From IMG/VR virus record IMGVR_UViG_3300048597_000634, positions 1 through 64,000 of that record: a DNA stretch of 64,000 bases; one strand, 5' to 3'. The position numbers and the translations under genes are program-made. Below are positions 26,929 through 35,304 of this stretch, piece by piece. Every line of letters starts with the position of its first letter. Position 1 is the first letter of the stretch. Under the pieces are notes generated by a model that had not been told where the DNA came from, did not search any database, and saw only the letters and a list, made by a program, of their open reading frames with translations.

Positions 26929-27150
26929 TTACCAACGACGGCCCTTTCCTACTGAAGGAAAGGCGTCCTGGGCGTCTTTGCCCGTGGGGAGGTTGTCAGC
27001 CTCACGCACAAACTCGTTGTATAGCCATTGGGTGGCCACTTCAGGGGTGGCGCTAATGGTGATGGCTAGGCGAGAGATGCGAACGCTAATAATCTGCATA
27101 ATCAAGACCGCCCATGTAGAGCGGTTAGATAGGTCACTAAAAACCCCCAC
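26929..27150 (-). CDS. Small hypothetical protein (start uncertain, perhaps MQIISV)
   Basis: ORF track. Confidence 0.4.
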   Translation of the reverse strand: MGVFSDLSNRSTWAVLIMQIISVRISRLAITISATPEVATQWLYNEFVREADNLPTGKDAQDAFPSVGKGRRW

Positions 27151-27177
27151 GGCGCAGCCATGGGGGCGTTTTACTAA

Positions 27178-27669
27178 TTAGGGGAAGAAGTGCTTAGTAA
27201 GCACATCACGTAGCTTACTAGCTGCTTCTTCATCACCTTCAGGGTGCACAAGCACCTGTAGGGATTTAAAGGATATCCCTACTTTGTGCCCGCACACCCC
27301 GAAGGTGTACCTATGGGAGCCGTGGTCAACCACATCCACAGCCCCCATAGGTAGACTGTCTATTGCCTCCCTAGGTGAGGCTTTGACTTGCCCCATCTTC
27401 CCTAGGTACCGCCACCGGATGATGGCAGTGGGTGCTACGGACACCCAGGTCTTGTCCCCACAGGTGGTTAGCCCATAGGTGTACCCACTAGGTACTGTCT
27501 CCCCTGTAACGAGGAACCCAGCGGGGTGTGGAGGTGCTTTAACGTCCACCTCAAGGACGAACATATGAGGTCCGTAGTCCTCATATGCGAACCCTTCCAC
27601 CTGTGCCCACACCATAGGGCGTGTGGCTGGGTTGAAGGATTCATCCCATTGGCGTGTAAACACCAACAT
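27178..27669 (-). CDS. Hypothetical protein (163 aa)
   Basis: ORF track; AGGAGG SD 8 nt upstream. Confidence 0.7.
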   Translation of the reverse strand: MLVFTRQWDESFNPATRPMVWAQVEGFAYEDYGPHMFVLEVDVKAPPHPAGFLVTGETVPSGYTYGLTTCGDKTWVSVAPTAIIRWRYLGKMGQVKASPREAIDSLPMGAVDVVDHGSHRYTFGVCGHKVGISFKSLQVLVHPEGDEEAASKLRDVLTKHFFP

Positions 27670-27717
27670 ACTTCATGCCTCCTACCGCACGTAGCGGCTA
27701 TATAGGTCATGAAATAA

Positions 27718-27752
27718 CCCCCTCTATACACCAGGGGAGGCATATAGAGGGG
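27718..27752 (-). terminator. Terminator hairpin with 14-nt loop
   Basis: CCCCTCTATA-caccaggggaggca-TATAGAGGGG; loop identical to that at 28241-28284. Confidence 0.7.
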
Positions 27753-27760
27753 ATTATGTT

Positions 27761-28195
27761 TTATTTGGTGATAAGTACCTCAAAGGCACGACCGTAGCCG
27801 TGCCCTACCACACACCGCCCGAGGTTGGCAGGTGTGTCTTTTACGGCTCGACCCAGCCGTTGGTGCCCCCAGGCCCTGAGGTAGTAGGTGGGAGTGAGTC
27901 TACTACATAGGTGCCTATTTCCCTCATACGAGAAGTCGTAAAGGTCATAGGCCCCCTCCTCCCTACAAGTCAGCCTGCCAAAGGCCCACTCATAAGGAGT
28001 ACCGTATGTGGACACCAGCCCTGGCTGGGCACAGTGGGTGTCTAGGAACTTAGGTAGTTCCAAGGTCATAGACTCCCCACTACCTGCCAAGTAGTGGGTG
28101 AACAGTCTAAGGGTTAGTCTATTTCCTTCACTGCTGAGGACGGCACCACTAGCAAGGATAATAAGACTAACTAAGGCAATGATTACTTTCTTCAT
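27761..28195 (-). CDS. Hypothetical protein with N-terminal signal/TM segment (from MKKVIIALVSL)
   Basis: Start reassigned; ATG 28234 is an alternative. The ORF-track MPPLVYRGG start is terminator sequence. Confidence 0.6.
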   Translation of the reverse strand: MKKVIIALVSLIILASGAVLSSEGNRLTLRLFTHYLAGSGESMTLELPKFLDTHCAQPGLVSTYGTPYEWAFGRLTCREEGAYDLYDFSYEGNRHLCSRLTPTYYLRAWGHQRLGRAVKDTPANLGRCVVGHGYGRAFEVLITK

Positions 28196-28240
28196 AACGT
28201 TAGCCCCTAGGTGTCTAAGGGCGGTATAGTTCATGAAGAA

Positions 28241-28284
28241 AAAACCTCCCCTATACACCAGGGGAGGCATATAGGGGAGGTTTT
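28241..28284 (-). terminator. Terminator hairpin with 14-nt loop
   Basis: AAAACCTCCCCTATA-caccaggggaggca-TATAGGGGAGGTTTT. Confidence 0.75.
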
Positions 28285-28293
28285 TATTAAGGG

Positions 28294-28449
28294 TTAGTCA
28301 CGGGGCATGATTGCCCCCGCTGCCACGATGGCAGTGGCGGCACCGGCGCCGACACCTACCATCTGTGCTGCCACGAGGGCGGACTTAGCCCCTCCGGTCA
28401 GACCGGAGAGGAGGATAAAACCGATAGCAATCTGTGTAATAACTTTCAT
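28294..28449 (-). CDS. Small hydrophobic Gly/Ala-rich peptide (51 aa)
   Basis: Hand-translated MKVITQIAIGFILLSGLTGGAKSALVAAQMVGVGAGAATAIVAAGAIMPRD; lies between a motif copy and a terminator. Confidence 0.6.
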   Translation of the reverse strand: MKVITQIAIGFILLSGLTGGAKSALVAAQMVGVGAGAATAIVAAGAIMPRD

Positions 28450-28651
28450 GATTCATACCGCTCGTAGCGGCTATATAGATCATGAAATAACCTCCCAAGT
28501 TATTCACAAGGGAGGTCTTAAGTAACTGGCTTTAGCCGCCCTAGGCACCAGGAATTTCTCATGTGTGCGTAGGGGGCTATAGGCACTTATACATATACCA
28601 GTCCATTTTCTGCCGCGCATATTTTTGGCTGAGCTTTAGTTATCAACTTTC

Positions 28652-28731
28652 TAATTCCCCGTCCATCCGCTGTTAATTCCCCGTCCATCCGCTGTTAATT
28701 CCCCGTCCATCCGCTGTTAATTCCCCGTCCA
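28652..28731. repeat. 22-bp tandem direct repeat, 3.6 copies (iteron-like)
   Basis: TAATTCCCCGTCCATCCGCTGT at 28652, 28674 and 28696, partial at 28718; degenerate ATTCCCCGTC near 28786 and 28841. Confidence 0.95.
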
Positions 28732-28838
28732 GCTCCGTTTATCAGCTTTTTACTAGACCGCCTATACGCCGTTTATCCCCCGCCCATTCCCCGTCTATTT
28801 CCCACTTCTTCCCTATTTATTCCCCACCTACAGCCAAC

Positions 28839-29132
28839 CTATTCCCCGTCTTTCCGCTTAGCCTCATTCCTATACTCCTCAGCTTTATCCAGCAAGTACC
28901 TACTCAAACTAGAAGCTTGTTCTGTGCTTAGTATTAAGACTAGTGGAGCCGCTAAAGTAAGGACGATAGCCGCCAGACAATACAGCATTAGGTCAGGCTC
29001 TGTATCACTTGACGCGGCAGTCTTCTCTACGGCCAATTCAACTACACCAATACCGTGGATGATTTTGTGTTGGTAGTCTAGGTAAAGTAGAGAGCAGATG
29101 CCGACGGTGAGATACCCAATTATGAACATCAT
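28839..29132 (-). CDS. Small two-TM membrane protein (97 aa)
   Basis: Two hydrophobic segments and a charged C-terminus; holin-like topology is possible. Confidence 0.55.
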   Translation of the reverse strand: MMFIIGYLTVGICSLLYLDYQHKIIHGIGVVELAVEKTAASSDTEPDLMLYCLAAIVLTLAAPLVLILSTEQASSLSRYLLDKAEEYRNEAKRKDGE

Positions 29133-29163
29133 GTGTTGTTCTCCTCATATTGGTGGTTATAAA

Positions 29164-29574
29164 TCATATTAAGCTAACCTCCAACAAAAGCCGTCCCTCG
29201 AACTCATGGTCTTCGTTGACCGCCACGCCATACCGCCGCTCTAACAGTTTCTTATACACCCTTAACCGTTTATGGTCAGACACCTCAATTAACAAATACG
29301 CAAACCCGTGGCGTCTTAACTTAGGTATGTTCTTCATTATGGTTCGCCCAGCCCACAGCAAAACCTCCGCATCAGACCCTGTATAACGGTTATTTATCGA
29401 CCTGCCCCGACGCGATTTGTTACTTTTCCGCAGCCAATCATTAACCGTCCTCCGGTGGTGATGCGCCACCAACTCCACCGAGGCAAAATAATGGACGTTG
29501 CTGTAATAACTCTTCAAGCGTAATCTAGCGTGGCGCCCATCTTTGAGCTTATGTGTGAATACCAATGCCGCCAT
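29164..29574 (-). CDS. Hypothetical basic protein (136 aa)
   Basis: ORF track. Confidence 0.6.
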   Translation of the reverse strand: MAALVFTHKLKDGRHARLRLKSYYSNVHYFASVELVAHHHRRTVNDWLRKSNKSRRGRSINNRYTGSDAEVLLWAGRTIMKNIPKLRRHGFAYLLIEVSDHKRLRVYKKLLERRYGVAVNEDHEFEGRLLLEVSLI

Positions 29575-29578
29575 CTGC

Positions 29579-29839
29579 TTAATTCTCCTTTTCCACCACT
29601 TCCCAATTAGTCCAGGTAGCCCGCGCCTTATCCGGTACTTTTTTAGTGACTATCAAATATAGCTTTAACAGAAATTCAGTAAAGGAGAGCTTATACCAGG
29701 GCCACTTAAACACCTCACGATGGTCATAGGCGTTATGGACTAAATGTTGGTCGTGTATGTAGAAGGGGTTACATTGGCAGCGCGGCGTGTGGTAATGGTT
29801 GGCGATGTCATTGTCTGGCACGGTGTGGATGACTTTCAT
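29579..29839 (-). CDS. Small His/Cys-rich phage protein (86 aa)
   Basis: HTVPDND...H...CQCNP...VHNAYD motif, putative metal binding. Confidence 0.65.
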   Translation of the reverse strand: MKVIHTVPDNDIANHYHTPRCQCNPFYIHDQHLVHNAYDHREVFKWPWYKLSFTEFLLKLYLIVTKKVPDKARATWTNWEVVEKEN

Positions 29840-29896
29840 CGTATAGCAGTTGGTATAGTAGGTAGGCGTTGTTGTTTCAATACTAGTCGAAGGGTT

Positions 29897-30322
29897 ATGG
29901 GCGCCGCCGAGTCATTAATCGAGTCAGTGTGTTTTACGGTCTTAATGGAATTAAGGGAGGGCGCCGGCGGCGGTTATACCTGTTCTATTCGGGGCTTAGC
30001 CCGTATATTAGACATCACCACCTCAAGGTTCACTGACAAGCGGTATGAGGGCGGGCACCCCCGAGGATTATTCTGGCGGGTATATCTATGCACCCCAGAC
30101 CAGTTACCTGAATCGTTGCGGGCCATATCTGGGTTTAACTATAAGACTGATACTGAGCAGAATAAGCGGGGCGGTGTGATGTTACCGGCTAAGGTTATTG
30201 ACGCGGTGGTTAGTTATTGTGCGTTTGATGCGTTGAAGCCATTGGAGAGGGCGGCGGTGGCGTATGAGGTGTTGAAGGCAGTTAAGGCGGGTGCAATAAC
30301 CTTAGAATCAATAGAGGAGTAG
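29897..30322 (+). CDS. Putative DNA-binding protein (KilA-N/antirepressor-like), start at MGAAES
   Basis: CSIRGLARILDIT HTH-like segment and IDAVVSYCAF, similar in pattern to cyanobacterial KilA-like proteins. Confidence 0.45.
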   Translation: MGAAESLIESVCFTVLMELREGAGGGYTCSIRGLARILDITTSRFTDKRYEGGHPRGLFWRVYLCTPDQLPESLRAISGFNYKTDTEQNKRGGVMLPAKVIDAVVSYCAFDALKPLERAAVAYEVLKAVKAGAITLESIEE

Positions 30323-30343
30323 TTATTAGTAAGGTACCAAGTC

Positions 30344-31066
30344 ATGGAATTTCACTCTGTTAGTCTGACCAACGAGAACTTAGCTAACTTACCAAACATT
30401 CCCGCTGTATACTTTGTCCGAGACAATGACGGTGAAGTTTTATATGTAGGGCAGTCTCAAGAGTTACACAACCGATGGAAGTACCATAACCTAATAGAAC
30501 GACAACTATCATGTGTAGATTATTGGCGGATGGACCTGTGCTGGTATTCTGGCGCAGAGGATATCTATAAGCTAGAAAAGGAGAAGATAGCTGAGTGGCA
30601 CCCGGCTTGGAACTGCAAAGAAAACAAAGATTATTATCGACCTACCCATAAGCTAGACTTCGTAGCTTTTTCAGTTAAACATGTCAGCTACTACGGAGTC
30701 ATATCTAAGAAGAGAAAGAAAAACGTAACATATAAAGACATCACCAGAGAAAGGGTACTTCTCAGGAAGAAGACTTTTGCCTATGGTGATATACCACGCA
30801 GCATGATTAAATACGAGTCATTCTTAGAGGAATTACGTCTTGAATGCCCTGTAACTTATAAAGACCTTGAGATTATCATGGAGCGCAGAAAGAAAGAAGG
30901 CGAAGATATGTCTCGCTATAAGGTCTTTAAGAACATTCTTTGGCGTAGAGAGAACTGTGGGCGGATATATCGAGAGCGTTATGCAGGCAAAGGCCGCCGC
31001 AAATATCCCGAGAACTTTACCTCTATTAAAGACAAGCTCATACAGCGCCACAAATCAGTAAGTTGA
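30344..31066 (+). CDS. GIY-YIG nuclease-domain protein
   Basis: PAVYFVRDNDGEVLYVGQSQELHNRWKYH motif. Confidence 0.8.
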   Translation: MEFHSVSLTNENLANLPNIPAVYFVRDNDGEVLYVGQSQELHNRWKYHNLIERQLSCVDYWRMDLCWYSGAEDIYKLEKEKIAEWHPAWNCKENKDYYRPTHKLDFVAFSVKHVSYYGVISKKRKKNVTYKDITRERVLLRKKTFAYGDIPRSMIKYESFLEELRLECPVTYKDLEIIMERRKKEGEDMSRYKVFKNILWRRENCGRIYRERYAGKGRRKYPENFTSIKDKLIQRHKSVS

Positions 31067-31078
31067 CCTCCAAAACCG

Positions 31079-31087
31079 TGATATAAT
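31079..31087 (+). promoter_or_regulatory. Extended -10 promoter element
   Basis: TGnTATAAT (TGATATAAT) upstream of two + strand ORFs. Confidence 0.45.
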
Positions 31088-31123
31088 TAGCTTAGTAACC
31101 TCTAAGTCTCCTACTAATCTTTT

Positions 31124-31360
31124 TTGGAAATTCGCATCCACGCTCGTTTAGCCATCAAAGTTCTACAAGTACCAGCGCTAAAGCTATGGTATCTTGTTAG
31201 GGCTTTGGACTGTTGCTGTAGTTTCAGCACCTCTATATGGGCAGCCTGCTCAGCTAAGTTATCTACTGAATCAGACCACCTAGACCTATTCATTAAGCTT
31301 CCTAAATCTAAAGCAACAGACGCTAAGCATTTAGTAGAACTGTCCAGAGGATATAGATAA
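31124..31360 (+). CDS. Hypothetical protein (78 aa; TTG start uncertain)
   Basis: ORF track; stop overlaps the next start (TAATG). Confidence 0.4.
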   Translation: MEIRIHARLAIKVLQVPALKLWYLVRALDCCCSFSTSIWAACSAKLSTESDHLDLFIKLPKSKATDAKHLVELSRGYR

Positions 31361-31680
31361 TGCCGCCCACTAGAAGACGACCAAAAATAAAGGCACAACC
31401 CCCAGTACCCCACAAGCGCCGCCAGACCCACCACCAACGTCGACTAGAAGAAATAGCCACAGAACTAAACTTAGAAAGCACTCAAGACGTCATACCTTAC
31501 CTCATAGACTTCTATGATATGAAGTACCTAGATGACCTTGGGCAGCAACTCCGCCGACTAGAAATAAAAGGACCCACCCTCGTTCAGATGGCACAGCTAT
31601 CTATCCTCTATACCATCCTGGGTAAGATAGCTGAATCATTACCTGTCATTGGGTATGGTTGGCGCCAGGTTGATTTCTAA
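31360..31680 (+). CDS. Hypothetical protein (106 aa)
   Basis: ORF track; basic N-terminus. Confidence 0.6.
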   Translation: MPPTRRRPKIKAQPPVPHKRRQTHHQRRLEEIATELNLESTQDVIPYLIDFYDMKYLDDLGQQLRRLEIKGPTLVQMAQLSILYTILGKIAESLPVIGYGWRQVDF

Positions 31681-32558
31681 GCAGGCGCCAGGTAGACCTT
31701 CAAGCGTTCACCTTTACGAACACGGCGGTCACCACCCAAATGAACACCACCCCAACTACTTACCCTTGTCCAGTGGTTTACCGAGAGAGGATTGGGCCCC
31801 GCCCCAGGGACTTCTGGCATAACACTCAAAGGGATTACCTCGCCAGTACCAGCGTCTACCATAACAACCCAAGCATCTTGCCCTAATGGTACCCGTACAT
31901 AGCTAGGACTACCCGACTTATATTTATTAACGAAGCGTTGTTGCCCTTTAGACTTGAAGAACTCTTCAGCAGACGTAATAGTCCCAGCACCAACGTCCAT
32001 TAAGACATAAGTCCAGTAATCGCCCCCCGAATATCCTTCTAAGAATGCTTCATGGGCTAATACTCTAGAGCCACCTAGTCTTACCCGTAGACCTTGGATA
32101 TATTGGGCGCGGGCCTTAGCCATCTCTGGACCCATGCTCTTGTCTACAAAGAACTGACTAAGAACATCGTTACAAGTAAGGAACCAGCGGCTACCATGGG
32201 TAGCATTCTCTACCAGTTGGCGCTCTGCTTGGCTAAAGCCCCACCAATACCCTTCTACATTGTCTATAGAGCGGTTAGCTATGGGTTCGATGGTTAAGAC
32301 GTGGCGCCACCTAGAGTCAAATACTTTACATTTATTGCCTGGTGTATAGCCGCCTAAGTTAGGGTCACCGAGGTCTACTAAATAGTAAGGCACACCACCT
32401 TGTAGGTATGTAGAAGACGCGAACCAAGTGGGACCATACCAACCTATAGTGGCGTCGGCTAGAGTTTCTGGGTCGGCTAATGCTTCTCCGAAGTTATTAC
32501 GGATAGGCCATTCCGCCGTCATTAACCGTATAGTGTCTGCAATGGTGTTACGAGCCAT
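31677..32558 (-). CDS. Putative tail/baseplate-associated protein (293 aa)
   Basis: Last gene of the operon that follows the giant tape-measure-position gene. Confidence 0.5.
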   Translation of the reverse strand: MARNTIADTIRLMTAEWPIRNNFGEALADPETLADATIGWYGPTWFASSTYLQGGVPYYLVDLGDPNLGGYTPGNKCKVFDSRWRHVLTIEPIANRSIDNVEGYWWGFSQAERQLVENATHGSRWFLTCNDVLSQFFVDKSMGPEMAKARAQYIQGLRVRLGGSRVLAHEAFLEGYSGGDYWTYVLMDVGAGTITSAEEFFKSKGQQRFVNKYKSGSPSYVRVPLGQDAWVVMVDAGTGEVIPLSVMPEVPGAGPNPLSVNHWTRVSSWGGVHLGGDRRVRKGERLKVYLAPA

Positions 32559-32564
32559 CGTTTA

Positions 32565-34634
32565 TCAGCCTCCAGAGCCTTGAATGGGGTAGCGGGTCAG
32601 TAGTAGGTCAATAACGTAGTAGACCCGGTTTTCCCTAGCGTAGTAGTCCTTAAAGCGGATAATAACGCCCCAATAGGTCAGCTTCGTCACCCCTTCATTC
32701 CCATTAGACGCCTGAACCACCACTTTTACTTCAGTCATAGGTGACACCACTTCGCGGTAGAAGGCGTCGGCGACTCCTGGGGCTTTAGTTACTGGCTCCG
32801 GTTTATATGCACCATCGGGTCCAGACTCTGCCAGGAATACGTCGTTGGTTTGTGACCTGGCTGGGATAGCAGGCGTTACACCTTGGGCTATGGTTTCCAT
32901 ACCGCTAAACATACCGACCAAGTTAATGAGAGTCGACTTAAGTCCAATGGATTGTTGAACAGGGGCGGCGCCAGGCACAATTATATTTTTATGTCTTGTT
33001 TCTACTACCCGTAGTAACCCTGGTTTCACTTCAGGTACATCCGAGCCGCCAGGGATACCAGACCCACGGGCTTCTACTGCGGGCAACAGGTCGAAGGTGA
33101 AGGTTTTCTGTATATTCTTATGGTCTCGGTAAGTGACTGTGAATAGGTCTTTTTTGTTATAGCGGAAGTCTTCGTTAGTGGGTTGAGTGCCTATACGACG
33201 GTCATCATCAGTTATTTCTACCGTTAGTGCTTCTCTAATGTCTTCCCACTTAAAGTCTTCATTTACTTCTGGGGGGCGGCTGGGCGCCGGCGTAACCATA
33301 ATGGCCTGGACTTGTTCTAAGGAATTAACACCGCTAAGTTCCCTAGAGCTAACCAAGGCGGTGATGATAGCTGCTACCATACCTTGTTCTTGTTGTGCTT
33401 CGTCTATTTCTCCTGAGTCCATCATTTGCCCCAAGATTTCAGCTACTACTTGCGGTTGTTCTGATGTAGTGATAGACCCCTTTTTAGTCAAACTAAGGAC
33501 TACTGCAGATATAGCTGCACCTATAGAGCCAGCGATTAATAGCGAGCCTATAGTTTGGTTACCTCCACCTTGACCGGGACCTAAGTCAGGTATATCTTTT
33601 AAGGAATCTTTGACTATTTCTTTAATTGCTGCCTCTCGACTTGGAGTAAGTTGAATTTCTTCCTCCTCTAGGGGTCCTAAAACCCTTTCTATAACCCTTT
33701 CTGCGACTAACTCAGCAGTACCATCATTTAGCTCTCTTTGTTCATCTATTAAGTCTATAAATGTTTCAGAGATTGATCCAGCTTCTCTATCTTGTAGTTG
33801 ATGCCGGGCTAAATTAGCGCCAATGGCTATATTAGCTTGGACAACATCAAGTTCAGCAGGATAGTCGAAATAAGAACCAAAATCTTCAGCTATCAGATGC
33901 TTTACTTCATCATTAACGCCAGGAAAGCGTGTAGCCAGAACATTTAATATAATAGTCTCGCGGTCTTCATCATTTATGACCCATTGCTCAAGACTAGTTT
34001 CTAATGTTTCTAAGGCATCAGATCGTTGTTGAGGGCCGGTACCCAGAAAATCTATACCGTAAAGTAAATCTTCTGTCAGCTGAGCTAATTGTGTAGGAGT
34101 GTATCTATCTGAGTGCTCGTAAGACTCTATTACTGCATAAACTGAGTCATATAGTTCCTGTGGGTCTCTTAGAGTAATATCTCCCTCGCTTGTTTCGGCT
34201 AGAACTAAATCTACAAGTTCTCCACGTTGGTCTAGGGTTATGATGTCCCAAGTACCCTTAAGGTCCTCCATTATGACTTCAGAAGCTTCTGTTATCTCTT
34301 CTGTAGTTGGGTACCAAGATTCAAATAAGTTGTTTAAGACTTCTCTGGCTTGTGCCTTTTGATCTTCACTGTCTTGTACCCATATGTCTACATAACTAGC
34401 TAAGTTCTGAGCTATGAAGTATCGCTGGACATCACTTACCAGCATTGAATCTTCCACTACATTATAATTAATGCTAGTTGCTATTGAGTCACGTATTTTT
34501 CCTTCAGTAAGGCTTAATTCATCTAGAAGTTCTGAGACAGTATTTGCCGCCTCCGCCTCTAAGACTTTACGGTCTAACGTGCCGTTACTGACCATAGTAT
34601 TAATTATAGATGCAGCTAAATCTTCAGGGCTCAT
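32565..34634 (-). CDS. Putative virion protein; C-terminus resembles tail-tube-initiator/gpU-like domains
   Basis: C-terminal IIVPGAAPVQQSIG...LINLVGMFSG...YWGVIIRFK...VYYVIDLLL beta-rich domain; acidic N-terminus; position downstream of the tape-measure-position gene. Confidence 0.4.
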   Translation of the reverse strand: MSPEDLAASIINTMVSNGTLDRKVLEAEAANTVSELLDELSLTEGKIRDSIATSINYNVVEDSMLVSDVQRYFIAQNLASYVDIWVQDSEDQKAQAREVLNNLFESWYPTTEEITEASEVIMEDLKGTWDIITLDQRGELVDLVLAETSEGDITLRDPQELYDSVYAVIESYEHSDRYTPTQLAQLTEDLLYGIDFLGTGPQQRSDALETLETSLEQWVINDEDRETIILNVLATRFPGVNDEVKHLIAEDFGSYFDYPAELDVVQANIAIGANLARHQLQDREAGSISETFIDLIDEQRELNDGTAELVAERVIERVLGPLEEEEIQLTPSREAAIKEIVKDSLKDIPDLGPGQGGGNQTIGSLLIAGSIGAAISAVVLSLTKKGSITTSEQPQVVAEILGQMMDSGEIDEAQQEQGMVAAIITALVSSRELSGVNSLEQVQAIMVTPAPSRPPEVNEDFKWEDIREALTVEITDDDRRIGTQPTNEDFRYNKKDLFTVTYRDHKNIQKTFTFDLLPAVEARGSGIPGGSDVPEVKPGLLRVVETRHKNIIVPGAAPVQQSIGLKSTLINLVGMFSGMETIAQGVTPAIPARSQTNDVFLAESGPDGAYKPEPVTKAPGVADAFYREVVSPMTEVKVVVQASNGNEGVTKLTYWGVIIRFKDYYARENRVYYVIDLLLTRYPIQGSGG

Positions 34635-35299
34635 GCTTTCTTAAACCGTAATAGCACGTTAATGTCTACCTCCATCCTAGGGGTGATATAACGAGGTGGG
34701 TCTAAGTGCTGTAACCACATTAAATTACCATCCAACTCGTGGGTCATAAACCAAGGATTAGTCCTAGTGTCGTACCCCGCTGCCAACTTAACAGAGTCAG
34801 TAACCTTATACATTACGTCTGTATATAACCCAATAGACCTGTAAGCAACGGGGGCTAGCGCTGCCCTAATATCATCATGCTTGAGTTGACCAGTTACTAA
34901 GACCAACCAATGGTCGCCGGGCTCATCGTAATCTTCGTCTACTAACTCAGTGGTGCCAGGCACCAATGGTACCCGCTCATACCTATCGTCTTCTGTTTTA
35001 GTTACCACATAGCCGCGAGCTTTAATATACCCAAAGCACTCTTGCTGTCGCTTAGTCCAAGGCAGCACAGGTTCTGACCAGATGTCTAACGGCCATGGAC
35101 TGGTATGTCCAATACCCCAAGCAAGGCTATTGGGTTTAGCCATAAGATCTAATACTTCCTGTAATTCCCAAGTCTGGTCTAACCAGTCATTGAGAAAAGA
35201 AGAGCGGCTGGGCCGACCAGCGCGGGGCAGCCATGGCTCTTCTAACAAATCTTGGTTATGTAACAGCTGGGCATTGGGGATAGGAATGATGTTAGTCAT
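34631..35299 (-). CDS. Hypothetical protein (222 aa) in the tail operon
   Basis: ORF track; ATGA overlap with the next gene. Confidence 0.65.
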   Translation of the reverse strand: MTNIIPIPNAQLLHNQDLLEEPWLPRAGRPSRSSFLNDWLDQTWELQEVLDLMAKPNSLAWGIGHTSPWPLDIWSEPVLPWTKRQQECFGYIKARGYVVTKTEDDRYERVPLVPGTTELVDEDYDEPGDHWLVLVTGQLKHDDIRAALAPVAYRSIGLYTDVMYKVTDSVKLAAGYDTRTNPWFMTHELDGNLMWLQHLDPPRYITPRMEVDINVLLRFKKA

Positions 35300-35304
35300 T
35301 AGAG

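Larger units (their letters stand above)
23286..28483 (-). promoter_or_regulatory. Dispersed family of promoter-like motifs ATGA-N5-A(C/T)AGCCG
   Basis: Exact copies at 23286-23301, 24001-24016, 25048-25063, 25783-25798, 27695-27710, 28468-28483. Variants near 23829, 23890, 24365, 26161, 26773, 28221. Each exact copy directly follows a terminator U-tract. Confidence 0.7.

Noticed and set aside
27468-28270. Two ORFs sharing an MPPLVYRGG N-terminus (apparent paralogues or leader peptide)
   Set aside because: The shared sequence is the duplicated terminator hairpin read as codons. The real starts are downstream, and 27468-27743 overlaps a better ORF.
28652-28731. CRISPR mini-array
   Set aside because: The repeats are head-to-tail with no spacers, and there are no cas genes in the window.
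31063-31087. TTGACC...TATAAT as a -35/-10 promoter
   Set aside because: The spacer is only 13 nt; kept only as an extended -10 element.
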